From positions 2,800-66,799 of the forward strand of contig VGET01000001.1 in assembly GCA_016869195.1 (NCBI GenBank): a DNA stretch of 64,000 nucleotides, in the 5' to 3' direction. The translations under genes and the position numbers were made by a program. The stretch comes from Alphaproteobacteria bacterium. GTDB taxonomy: Bacteria > Pseudomonadota > Alphaproteobacteria > UBA828. Every line of letters begins with the position of its first letter. Position 1 is the stretch's first letter. Under the pieces are notes generated by a model. The model saw nothing but the letters and a program-made list of their open reading frames with translations, searched no databases and was not told the origin of the DNA. This document shows positions 48,309 to 59,137 of this stretch, one piece after another.

Positions 48309-50669
48309 ATGCCCTCGCGCCAGATGAACCCCGCCGCCATCGGACAGCCCCTCCGCCGGGTCGAGGACGAGCGCTTTGTGCGCGGCCTCGGCAGCTATGC
48401 CGAAGACATCGTGCTGGCGGGCGCGCTGCACGGCGTCGTGCTGCGCTCGCCCCATGCCCACGCTCGAATCGCGTCCCTAGACGCGTCGGCCGCCCGCGCG
48501 GCGCCCGGCGTCGTCGGGGTTCTCACGGCCGATGACCTGGACCGCGACCGGATCGGCCCCATGCCGTGCGCGAGCCTCGCGACCGGGCTCAAGGGCGTCG
48601 GCGGCAAGCCACCGATCATGCCGGCGCATTTTCCGCTGGCGCGCGGCACCGTGCGGCATGTGGGCGAGGCGGTCGCCTTCGTCGTCGCCGAATCGGAGGC
48701 GCAGGCGCGCGAGGCCGCCGAGCTGATCGCGGTCGAGTACGAGCCATTCGAGGCGGTCACAACTGCCACAGCGGCGGGAGACGACGGCGCGCCGCAGCTT
48801 TGGCCCGAGGCGACGCGCAATCTCGCGCTCGTCTGGGAGAACGGCGATGCTGTGGCGACCGAGGCTGCGTTCGCGCGTGCCGCGCACATCGCGCAGCTCG
48901 ATACGCTCAACAACCGGCTGATCCCGACGCCGATCGAGAACCGCTCGGCGCTCGGCGCCTTTGAGGCCGGCACCGGCCGCTACACGCTGTGGAGCCAGAC
49001 GCAAGGCGGCCACATGCTGCGGCGCCTTTTGGCCGAGAGCGTGCTCGGCGTGCCGGAGAACCGGGTGCGCGTGATCACGCCCGATGTCGGCGGCAGCTTC
49101 GGCATGAAGATGTACCTCTACCCCGAGCAGGCGCTGGTGCTCTGGGCGGCGCGGCGCTTCGGCCGGCCGGTGCGCTGGGTCGCCGAGCGCGGCGAGAGCT
49201 TCCTCGCCGACAGCCATGGGCGCGATCAACACATTACGGGCGAGCTCGCGCTCGATGAAGGTGGCCGAATCCTGGCCTTGCGCGTGCGCACCGAGGCGAA
49301 CATGGGCGCCTATTTCTCGACCCTCGCACCGATCATCCCGACCGCAGGCGGCACGCGCGGCCTGACCGGCGTCTACGACATCCCCACCGCGCACGTGCGC
49401 GTCAGACTGCGCTTCACCAACACCGCGCCGATCGATGCCTATCGCGGCGCGGGCAGGCCCGAGGCGGCCTTCCTGATCGAGCGATTGATCGAGATCGCCG
49501 CGCGCGACACGGGGCACGACCCGCTCGCGCTGCGCCGCCTGAACCTCGCGCGCATCGACAATACGCCGTACAAGACCGCGCTCGGGCTTAACATCGACAG
49601 TGGTGCGTTCGGGAAGAATCTCGACGACGCGCTCCACGCCGCCGATGCCACAGGGTTTCCAGCCCGCTGCGCCGCCGCGCGCGCACGTGGCCGGCTTGCC
49701 GGCCTCGGCGTCTCGCTCTATGTCGAACCCTGCGGCGGCGGGCGCGACCAATTGGCCGCGCTCCGCTTCGACCCGAGCGGCTCGGTGACCGTGCTGATCG
49801 GCTCGCAATCAAACGGCCAGGGCCACGAAACCGCGTACGCCCAGATCGTGGCCGATCGTCTGCAGCTCCCGATCGAATCGATCCGTGTGGTGCAGGGCGA
49901 CACCGACGCCGTGCCCTATGGTCGCGGCACCAGCGGCTCGCGCTCACTTCCGATTGGCGGCAATGCGCTGGCCGGTGCCGCCGAGCGTGCGCTCGCCAAG
50001 GCGAAGCTCATCGCCGCGCATCTGATCGAGGCGGCGGAAGCTGACCTTCGGTTCGAGGGCGGGCATTTCCGTGTCGCCGGCACCGACCGCGCGATCGCCA
50101 TGAAAGCCGTCATCGAGACCGCGTTCGAGCCAGCCCGCCTGCCGCCCGGCATGGCGCCGGGCCTCGACGAATCCCTGCATCACAACCAGGCGGCGCTGAC
50201 CTTTCCGAACGGCTGTCATGTCTGCGAGCTCGAGGTCGATGGCGAGACCGGCGTTGCCGAGATCACGCGCTACACCGTGGTCGACGATTTCGGCCGGCTG
50301 ATCAATCCGCTGCTGGTCGAGGGCCAGGTCCATGGCGGTGTGGCGCAGGGCATCGGCCAGGCGCTCTTCGAGCATGGCATCTATGACCCCGAGGGCGGGC
50401 AACTTTTGACCGGCTCGCTGATGGACTATGCTTTGCCCCGCGCCGATGCGTTGCCCGCGATCTCGCTCGGCTTCAACGAGGTGCCGTGCCGCACCAACGC
50501 TCTCGGCCTCAAAGGCTGCGGCGAGGCCGGCGCGATCGCGGCGCCCGCGGCCGTGATCAACGCGCTGGTCGATGCACTCAAGGAATTCGGCGTGCGCCAT
50601 ATCGAGATGCCGGCGACGCCTGAGCGACTCTGGCGCTTGATGCGGAACAGCAAACTCCAGGGCTCGTAG
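48309..50669 (+). CDS. Molybdopterin-binding large subunit of the xanthine dehydrogenase/aldehyde oxidase/CoxL family. It is an orphan, with no FeS or FAD subunit genes adjacent.
   Basis: It is 786 aa with an N-terminal Ald_Xan_dh_C-like region (PLRRVEDERFVRGLGSYAEDI) and MoCo-binding domains. Confidence 0.65.
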   Translation: MPSRQMNPAAIGQPLRRVEDERFVRGLGSYAEDIVLAGALHGVVLRSPHAHARIASLDASAARAAPGVVGVLTADDLDRDRIGPMPCASLATGLKGVGGKPPIMPAHFPLARGTVRHVGEAVAFVVAESEAQAREAAELIAVEYEPFEAVTTATAAGDDGAPQLWPEATRNLALVWENGDAVATEAAFARAAHIAQLDTLNNRLIPTPIENRSALGAFEAGTGRYTLWSQTQGGHMLRRLLAESVLGVPENRVRVITPDVGGSFGMKMYLYPEQALVLWAARRFGRPVRWVAERGESFLADSHGRDQHITGELALDEGGRILALRVRTEANMGAYFSTLAPIIPTAGGTRGLTGVYDIPTAHVRVRLRFTNTAPIDAYRGAGRPEAAFLIERLIEIAARDTGHDPLALRRLNLARIDNTPYKTALGLNIDSGAFGKNLDDALHAADATGFPARCAAARARGRLAGLGVSLYVEPCGGGRDQLAALRFDPSGSVTVLIGSQSNGQGHETAYAQIVADRLQLPIESIRVVQGDTDAVPYGRGTSGSRSLPIGGNALAGAAERALAKAKLIAAHLIEAAEADLRFEGGHFRVAGTDRAIAMKAVIETAFEPARLPPGMAPGLDESLHHNQAALTFPNGCHVCELEVDGETGVAEITRYTVVDDFGRLINPLLVEGQVHGGVAQGIGQALFEHGIYDPEGGQLLTGSLMDYALPRADALPAISLGFNEVPCRTNALGLKGCGEAGAIAAPAAVINALVDALKEFGVRHIEMPATPERLWRLMRNSKLQGS

Positions 50670-50792
50670 AGCCTTGGCCGGCGCGACTGCGTTGCGCGCT
50701 TTGGCGCGCGCACCAGCACGCGACGCCGCCTTTGCGGCGGAAGCCAAGCGAGCGGAGCGAGCGCCCGGCACGTCAGGGCGTCTCGATGATCA
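50670..50792 (+). repeat. Palindrome-rich intergenic repeat element, copy A (RIME-like).
   Basis: It shares GCCTTGGCCGGCGCGACTGCG ... GCCGCCTTTGCGGCGGAAGCCAAGCGAGCGGAGCGAGCGCCCGGC ... AGGGCGTCTCGATGAT with copy B, and has a 33-nt extra hairpin segment. Confidence 0.6.
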
Positions 50793-50814
50793 CTCTCGAT
50801 CAACGAGACTGACG

Positions 50815-51591
50815 TCAAGACGACCCGTCCTTCGACTCCGGCACAAGCTGCCCGCCGTCGACCACGATGGTCTGACCGGTGATGTAGGCGGCCTCCTTGG
50901 TGGCGAGGAAGAGCGCGGCATAACCGAGGTCCTCGACCGCACCAAGACGGCCGAGCGGGATCGCTGCCTTCGCCGCACGCCAATAGTCCTCGCCCATGGC
51001 GGCACCGCCCTCGGTCATGATGTTGCCCGGCAGCACCGCGTTCACCGTGATGCCGTATTTGGCGAACTCCAAGCAGGCCGCGCGCATGAAGCCGAGCTGG
51101 CCCGCCTTGCTCGCGCCGTAATGGCCGAAGCCGGGGGTCGAGGTAAATGGGCCGGTGATCGAGGAGGTCAACACGATGCGGGCCTGCTTGCTTTTCTTCA
51201 GGTGAGGCAGGCAGGCCTGCACCGACAGGAACGTGCCCTTCAGGTTGGTCGCCTGAACCTCGTCCCATTGCGCCGCCGTCATCTCCTCGATGCGCACCAT
51301 CGGGAACACGCCGGCATTGGCGCAAAGGATGTCAACGCCGCCATGGCGCTCGTCAGCGGTGCGGGCCATCGCCAATGTTGCCGCTTCATCCGAAACGTCC
51401 GCCGCAAAGGCCGAGGCGACATGGCCTGCCTTGACCAACTCGGCCGACGCCGCTTCGGCCGTCGCGCCGTCGCGCGCCACGATCAGCACCTTGGCGCCGT
51501 GCTCGGCGAACACGCGTGCGATGCCCTTGCCGATACCCTTGCTGCCGCCGGTCACGATGACGGATTTGCCCCTGATCGAATCAGCCAGCAT
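50815..51591 (-). CDS. SDR-family oxidoreductase.
   Basis: TGGSKGIGKG nucleotide-binding motif and the catalytic YGASK motif. Confidence 0.65.
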   Translation of the reverse strand: MLADSIRGKSVIVTGGSKGIGKGIARVFAEHGAKVLIVARDGATAEAASAELVKAGHVASAFAADVSDEAATLAMARTADERHGGVDILCANAGVFPMVRIEEMTAAQWDEVQATNLKGTFLSVQACLPHLKKSKQARIVLTSSITGPFTSTPGFGHYGASKAGQLGFMRAACLEFAKYGITVNAVLPGNIMTEGGAAMGEDYWRAAKAAIPLGRLGAVEDLGYAALFLATKEAAYITGQTIVVDGGQLVPESKDGSS

Positions 51592-51618
51592 CGCGGCCCT
51601 CCCGGTTCGTGCGCTCGT

Positions 51619-52947
51619 TTACGCGTCGAGCGATTGCTCCAGCGCCTCGATCAGCGTCGCGATATGCTCGCTTTTGAAGCAGAGCGGCGGGCGGATCTTG
51701 AGAATATTGCCGAAGCGCCCGGCCGCGCCGATCAGCACGCCGCGATCGCGCATGCCATTGATGACGCGCGTCGCCGTTTCCGCATCGGGGCGCGCGAGGT
51801 CACCGTCATGGCTGAATTCGACGCCGATGAAGAGGCCGGCACCGCGCACCTCGCTGATGCCCGGACAGCGTTGCCTCAGGGCCGCGATGCGCTCACGCAA
51901 TTCGGCACCGATGACGCGCGCATTCTCCTGCAGGCCCTCGTCGCGCAGCACGTCGAGCACGGCGAGGCCGGCCGCCGCCGCCACCGGATTGCCACCGAAG
52001 GTGTTGAAATAGCCGACCTCCGTGCAATAGGCCGCGAGCCGCTTGGGCGTTGTCGCGAGCCCGGCGATTGGAAAGCCATTGCCCATCGGCTTGCCCATGG
52101 TGACGATATCGGGCGTCAGACCATGGCGGCCGAAGCCCCACATGTGATCGCCCGTGCGGCCAAAGCCGGGCTGCACCTCATCGGCGATGAACAGCCCACC
52201 GGCCGCGCGCATGGCCTTCACCGCCGGCGCCATGAAGCCCTTGGGGTCGGCGAACACGCCGTCGCTCGAAAAGATCGAATCGCAGATCAGCGCCGCCGGC
52301 TTCAGCCCATCGCGCGCCAACGCCGCGATCGCCTGCTCGACCGCCTTGCCGAAACCACCCGCGATGTCATCGCCGTAGGCCGCGCGGCCGGGTGCCGGCA
52401 CAAGCCTTACATGGCGCCTGAGCCGGCCGGGCTTCAACGCCGAGGGCGAAATCTCGGTCACCGCGGTCGTGTTGCCGTGATAAGCGGTCTCGGTGACGAT
52501 GAAGCCCTCGGCGCCCGAGGCCGCGCTCGCGATGCGCATGGCGAGGTCATTGGCCTCGCTCCCCGAGCAGGTGAGCGCGACGTTCGACAGGCTCTTCGGC
52601 AAGGTCGCCTTGAGCCGCTCTGCATAGGTCTCGATGATCTCGTTCAGATAGCGCGTGCTGGTGTTGACGGTGGCGGATTGCTTCGCGATGGCCTCGGCGA
52701 CGCGCCTGTGGCTGTGCCCGATCGAGGGCACGTTGTTATAGGCATCGAGATAGCGCCGGCCATCGGCCGCGACCATCCACGCGCCCTCCGCCGCCACGAT
52801 GTTGAGCGGCGCGCGATAGAACAGCACGGAGGCCGCGCCGAAATTGCGCTCGCGTCGTTCCAGGAGCGCCTTGGTCTCAGCGTCGAGCCCGGCCTTGGCC
52901 TCGCGCTCGAAGGCGTTCAGCGACAACGCGTGTCGGACCTCGGCCAT
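51619..52947 (-). CDS. Class-III (AGXT2-like) PLP-dependent aminotransferase-fold enzyme, possibly an aminoalcohol-phosphate phospho-lyase.
   Basis: It has a PLP fold-type I class III layout (..LTCSGSEANDLA.. and ..DEVQPGFGRTG..). The start is at MAEVRHA, internal to the 488-aa ORF. Confidence 0.55.
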   Translation of the reverse strand: MAEVRHALSLNAFEREAKAGLDAETKALLERRERNFGAASVLFYRAPLNIVAAEGAWMVAADGRRYLDAYNNVPSIGHSHRRVAEAIAKQSATVNTSTRYLNEIIETYAERLKATLPKSLSNVALTCSGSEANDLAMRIASAASGAEGFIVTETAYHGNTTAVTEISPSALKPGRLRRHVRLVPAPGRAAYGDDIAGGFGKAVEQAIAALARDGLKPAALICDSIFSSDGVFADPKGFMAPAVKAMRAAGGLFIADEVQPGFGRTGDHMWGFGRHGLTPDIVTMGKPMGNGFPIAGLATTPKRLAAYCTEVGYFNTFGGNPVAAAAGLAVLDVLRDEGLQENARVIGAELRERIAALRQRCPGISEVRGAGLFIGVEFSHDGDLARPDAETATRVINGMRDRGVLIGAAGRFGNILKIRPPLCFKSEHIATLIEALEQSLDA

Positions 52948-52975
52948 GCCCTGCCTCCCAAGCTGATGCGCCGCC

Positions 52976-53977
52976 TCAGCCGAAGCGCGCGAGATAGCGC
53001 TCGGCGAGCTCGCAGCTGAACGAGCAATAGCCCGGGCCCGCGGTCTGCGCCAGCACCGTATCGGCGTGCGAGCCGAACCAAGCAAACACGGTCAGGCGGC
53101 GCAGCATGATGAAGGTCCAGATCTCGGCCTCATCCGCCGCGGAGAGCGGCCGCACCCGCCGATAGCCCTCGAGCCAGGCGGCCAACAGCGCGTCGAGGTT
53201 CGGGTCGTTCTCGATCAGCGAGACCGCGGTGGCGATGTCGTAGAGAAACCAGCCGAGGCCGCAATCATCGAAGTCGATGACGCGAACGTCGCCCTGGTGG
53301 ATCAGCAGATTGCCAAGGCGAAAATCAGCATGGATCAGGCCGAAGCGATCGGGCGCCGTGCCGTAGGCCCGCAGGCGCTTCCCGATCGTCGCGACCGCGC
53401 GCTCAAAGATCGGCCGCTGCTGGTGGGTGAGCTCCGGCCCGTCTTGCCACGGGCCCCAGTTTGGCGTGGCACCCAGGCAGTGCTCGAAATCCCAAGACAG
53501 GCGCTCGAAAAAGGGCGGCCGGCGCCAGCCCACACTGTGAACGTGGGTGCGCGCGGCCATCTCGCCGAGCTGGCGAAAGGCCGGCACGAGGTCGTGCTCG
53601 GGCGAAGGCTCGCGGCCGTCGATGAACTCGAAGAGCACGCAACGGCGCGGCGTCGGTACGCTTGGATGCGAAACGACCTGAATGTCCTCGCCATTGCGCG
53701 CCGGAATCGCCTGCGGCGTCTTGATCCCGGCCTCGGCCTGGAGCGCACGCATCCAGGCGAGCTCGGTGCGGATGCCATTGGTCGTGTTGTAGCCCTCGCG
53801 ATGCACGCGAAGGATGACGGGGCGACCACCACCGCGCGGCTCGACGCGATAGATAGAGTTTTCGGTGCGGTTGATCGGGCGCAGCGTGGCGCCCTCGAGC
53901 CCCCAATGGCCGAGCGCCGTCGCCGCCAGCGCATCGACATTGACGACGATCGGGGTGGGCGAGAGGACGTTGGTCAT
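52976..53977 (-). CDS. Aminoglycoside-phosphotransferase-fold small-molecule kinase (APH/choline kinase/homoserine kinase II family).
   Basis: It has the Brenner motif region HADFRLGNLLI and DFDDCG. Confidence 0.55.
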   Translation of the reverse strand: MTNVLSPTPIVVNVDALAATALGHWGLEGATLRPINRTENSIYRVEPRGGGRPVILRVHREGYNTTNGIRTELAWMRALQAEAGIKTPQAIPARNGEDIQVVSHPSVPTPRRCVLFEFIDGREPSPEHDLVPAFRQLGEMAARTHVHSVGWRRPPFFERLSWDFEHCLGATPNWGPWQDGPELTHQQRPIFERAVATIGKRLRAYGTAPDRFGLIHADFRLGNLLIHQGDVRVIDFDDCGLGWFLYDIATAVSLIENDPNLDALLAAWLEGYRRVRPLSAADEAEIWTFIMLRRLTVFAWFGSHADTVLAQTAGPGYCSFSCELAERYLARFG

Positions 53978-54349
53978 CAGATCAGGTCTGCCGGACGGAT
54001 TCTGGGCGCCCAGTCTTGCCGATCCCGGGCGCCCGAGCCAAGGGCACAGGCGTCACCCGTTGCGATCCATGGGGACACTTCTTTGCCATTGCCTTCAAAG
54101 GCTAAAGGTGTCTCGCCAATACGTACATTCCTACACGCTCGGACGAGCGGAAAGGGCACGCGACCAAGCCGCACGGAAAACGCTGAAGAACTTGGTTCTC
54201 CCGGTACGGTTGCCAGCGGCCGAGTGTAGATAGCGCGAAGTGCACTGCAGAACGCCCTCCGAAGGCGTGAGCCCTTCCGCGGCATAGCGACCCCGTTATT
54301 CGTCAGAAAATCGAGCTTATACCAAGGCGCGATGAGCTTGACTCATCGG

Positions 54350-54440
54350 GCCTTGGCCGGCGCGACTGCGCCGCGCCGCCTTGCGGCGGGAGCCAAGCGA
54401 GCGGAGCGAGCGCCCGGCGTTTGAGGGCGCCTCGATGTTC
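54350..54440 (+). repeat. Palindrome-rich intergenic repeat element, copy B (RIME-like).
   Basis: It is a direct repeat of copy A. The 21-nt left arm and the 28-nt core AGCCAAGCGAGCGGAGCGAGCGCCCGGC are identical. Confidence 0.6.
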
Positions 54441-54639
54441 GGTCACGATCATCGAGGTTTGGTATTACAAGGTGGATCCGTTCGAACCGGGGCGGATCAC
54501 GGTCAGCCAGGGCTGTCCAGCCCCTGGCAAGCACCCTTGTCCCCATCTAACATCCCGCACCGGCTCGGCGTGGAGAGCGGCCCGAACACGACATTCCTGA
54601 GCCTGGCCGGAGTCCGACGGGCCACGATCAGGTGGATCC

Positions 54640-55440
54640 ATGTCTTCGATCAATCTTCGCCAGCACGAGATTCTCGCCATCGCCCGCCAGTCGGGCAAGG
54701 TCACCGTTGAAGGCTTGGCGTTGCATTTCGATGTCACGCCGCAAACCATTCGCAAGGACCTGAACGAGCTCTGCGAGCAGCGGATGCTGACCCGCACCCA
54801 TGGCGGGGCGCTGCTCTCCTCGGGCGTCGAGAACGTGGCCTACGAGGCGCGGCGCCAGCTCGCCGCGGGAGAGAAACACCGCATCGGCCGGCGTGCCGCT
54901 GAGCTCATTCCCGACAACTGCTCGCTCTTCGTCAATATCGGCACCACTACCGAGGAGGTCGCCCGGGCGCTCGTGCAGCACGAAGGCCTGCTGGTGATCA
55001 CCAACGACCTGCACGTGGCCACCCTGCTTACCCCCTGCCCTGGCATCGAAGTGATCGTGGTCGGCGGCGTGGTGCGGCGCGCCGACGGTGGCATCGTCGG
55101 CGAGGCCGCGGTCGACTTCATCCGGCAGTTCAAGGTCGACTATGCGGTAATCGGCGTCTCCGCGATCGACGACGACGGAGCGCTTCTCGACTTCGATTAT
55201 CGCGAGGTCCGCGCGGCGCAGGCGATCATCGCCAACGCCCGCCACGTCATCCTGGTGTCGGATGCGATGAAGTTCACGCGCTCAGCGCCCGTACGGATCG
55301 GCCACATGAGCCAGGTCAGCACCTTCGTCACGGACCAGAAGCCGCCGGACGCCATTCTCGAGGTCTGCCGTGGCCATGATGTCAGCGTCGAGGTCGCCTC
55401 AAGCCCAGAAGAGGATGGCCAGGATCGCCCTGCGGCCTGA
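54640..55440 (+). CDS. glpR: DeoR-family transcriptional regulator (GlpR-like).
   Basis: It has an N-terminal HTH (RQHEILAIARQSGKVTVEGLA) and a C-terminal sugar-phosphate-binding domain. Confidence 0.7.
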   Translation: MSSINLRQHEILAIARQSGKVTVEGLALHFDVTPQTIRKDLNELCEQRMLTRTHGGALLSSGVENVAYEARRQLAAGEKHRIGRRAAELIPDNCSLFVNIGTTTEEVARALVQHEGLLVITNDLHVATLLTPCPGIEVIVVGGVVRRADGGIVGEAAVDFIRQFKVDYAVIGVSAIDDDGALLDFDYREVRAAQAIIANARHVILVSDAMKFTRSAPVRIGHMSQVSTFVTDQKPPDAILEVCRGHDVSVEVASSPEEDGQDRPAA

Positions 55441-55593
55441 CGTTCGAATTTTCGATTGTCTTTCGATTTCATTTCGTATTTCATCGTTTCCTGGACGAGA
55501 CCGGGAAATCGTCCGGAATTTCGTAAAGATTTGTTCGCAGCTGCAAAAAACGAAAAAAACAGAAATCTGGGTGATGGCCGTCGGGGAGGCTCG

Positions 55594-57135
55594 ATGCCGA
55601 GTGGGGATGGCCCCTACGATCTCGCGATCATCGGCGGCGGCATCAATGGCTGCGGCATCGCGCGTGACGCCGCCGGTCGCGGGCTCAAGGTATTTCTTGC
55701 CGAGCAGGACGATCTCGCCCGCGCGACGTCCTCCGCCTCGACCAAGCTCATTCACGGCGGGCTTCGCTATCTCGAGTATTTCGAGTTCCGCCTTGTGCGG
55801 GAGGCGCTGATCGAGCGCGAGGTACTGTTTCGCGCGGCGCCCCACATTGTCAGGCCGCTCCGCTTCGTGCTGCCGCACCACAAGGGCCTTCGTCCCTGGC
55901 CGATCCTGCTCTTCGGCCTCTTCCTCTATGACCATCTCGGCGGGCGCAAGATCCTGCCGCCGACGCGCGTGGTGGACCTTAGGCGCGACCCGCTCGGCGA
56001 GCCCCTACGGCCGAACTATGTACGAGGCTTCGAATACTCCGACTGCTGGGTCGACGATGCGCGCCTGGTCGTGCTGACCGCGCGCGACGCGGCCGATAGG
56101 GGCGCCGACATCAGCCCACGAACCCGCTGCCTGAAGGCACGACGCGACGGCGGCCTGTGGCGGTTGACGATCGAGCAGGCCGGATCAGACGGCGGCCACG
56201 CAATTGCGGCGCGCGCGCTGATCAACACCGCCGGACCCTGGGTCAGCGAAGTGCTCGGGTCTGTCATCGGGGTGCGCCAGCCGGACAGGATCAGGCTGGT
56301 CAAGGGCAGTCACCTGGTGCTCGACAAGCTCTATGCGCACGACCGCTGCTATACCTTCCAGAACGCGGATGACCGGGTGTGCTTCGCGATTCCCTACGAG
56401 GACGAGTTCACCCTGATCGGCACGACCGACGAGGACTATCGGGGCGATCTCGCGTTTCCGGCGATCTCCGACACGGAGCGCGATTATCTGCTCGAATCGG
56501 TCGGCACCTACTTAAAGCGGCCGGTAACGCGCGACATGGTGCGCTGGAGCTATTCCGGGATCAGGCCGCTGTACGACGATGGCGCAAGCAAGGCGCAAGA
56601 AGCCACACGCGACTATGTCCTGAAACTCGACGCCCCCGACGGGCACCCGCCGCTCCTCTCGGTGTTTGGCGGCAAGATCACCACCTACAGGCGCCTGGCC
56701 GAGGCGGTGATGGCCAAGATCGCACCGTTCTTTCCCACCGCTGGCCCGCCTTGGACGGCGACCGCCGCGCTGCCGGGCGGAGACTTCCCGCATGCCGAGT
56801 TGGAGCAGCGCGTCGCGGAGTTCGGCGCGCGCCACGCGTTCCTCCCGCCGCTTGAGCCGCGGCGCCTCTTTCGTGCCTATGGCACGCGCGCCGAGCGCAT
56901 CTTCGAGGGCGCGAGACGGGTCGAGGACATCGGCCAGCGCTTCGGCCCCTTGAGTGAGCGGGAAATCGACTACCTGATCGCAGAGGAATGGGCTCGCTCG
57001 GCCGACGACATCCTTTGGCGCCGGTCTAAGCTTGGGCTGCGCCTCGACCGCACGCAGCAGGCCGCGTTGTCGAGCCTCTTGGCGGCGCGGGGACTCGAGG
57101 CGCCGGCCCCACGGGCCGGTGCGGGCCGTGGGTGA
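55594..57135 (+). CDS. glpD: Glycerol-3-phosphate dehydrogenase (FAD-dependent, GlpD).
   Basis: It has an N-terminal FAD motif DLAIIGGGINGCGIARDAAGRG and is GlpD-like throughout. The start is at 55594, internal to the track ORF. Confidence 0.8.
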   Translation: MPSGDGPYDLAIIGGGINGCGIARDAAGRGLKVFLAEQDDLARATSSASTKLIHGGLRYLEYFEFRLVREALIEREVLFRAAPHIVRPLRFVLPHHKGLRPWPILLFGLFLYDHLGGRKILPPTRVVDLRRDPLGEPLRPNYVRGFEYSDCWVDDARLVVLTARDAADRGADISPRTRCLKARRDGGLWRLTIEQAGSDGGHAIAARALINTAGPWVSEVLGSVIGVRQPDRIRLVKGSHLVLDKLYAHDRCYTFQNADDRVCFAIPYEDEFTLIGTTDEDYRGDLAFPAISDTERDYLLESVGTYLKRPVTRDMVRWSYSGIRPLYDDGASKAQEATRDYVLKLDAPDGHPPLLSVFGGKITTYRRLAEAVMAKIAPFFPTAGPPWTATAALPGGDFPHAELEQRVAEFGARHAFLPPLEPRRLFRAYGTRAERIFEGARRVEDIGQRFGPLSEREIDYLIAEEWARSADDILWRRSKLGLRLDRTQQAALSSLLAARGLEAPAPRAGAGRG

Positions 57136-57284
57136 GGGCATGACAAACCCGCGATCAGGTTTCCACGAGGCTTTCCGATTCGCGCACGGGACCGAAGGCG
57201 GGCGCGAATCACGGTTCGACCGGGCGAGCGTGCGCTCCGGTTGGGCTCCAAAATCAAGCCGCACGCACTAGGGAGGACAGAGCG

Positions 57285-59027
<1,743 letters not shown>

Positions 59028-59137
59028 TCGCGACTTCTTCGCTCGCGATACACTCCCGGAGAGTCCCCTGTGCTCTCCGGGAGTTCTGCGTCACATTGAG
59101 ACGATCCGTCACGGGGGCTTGGGGATAGGGCTCGCGG

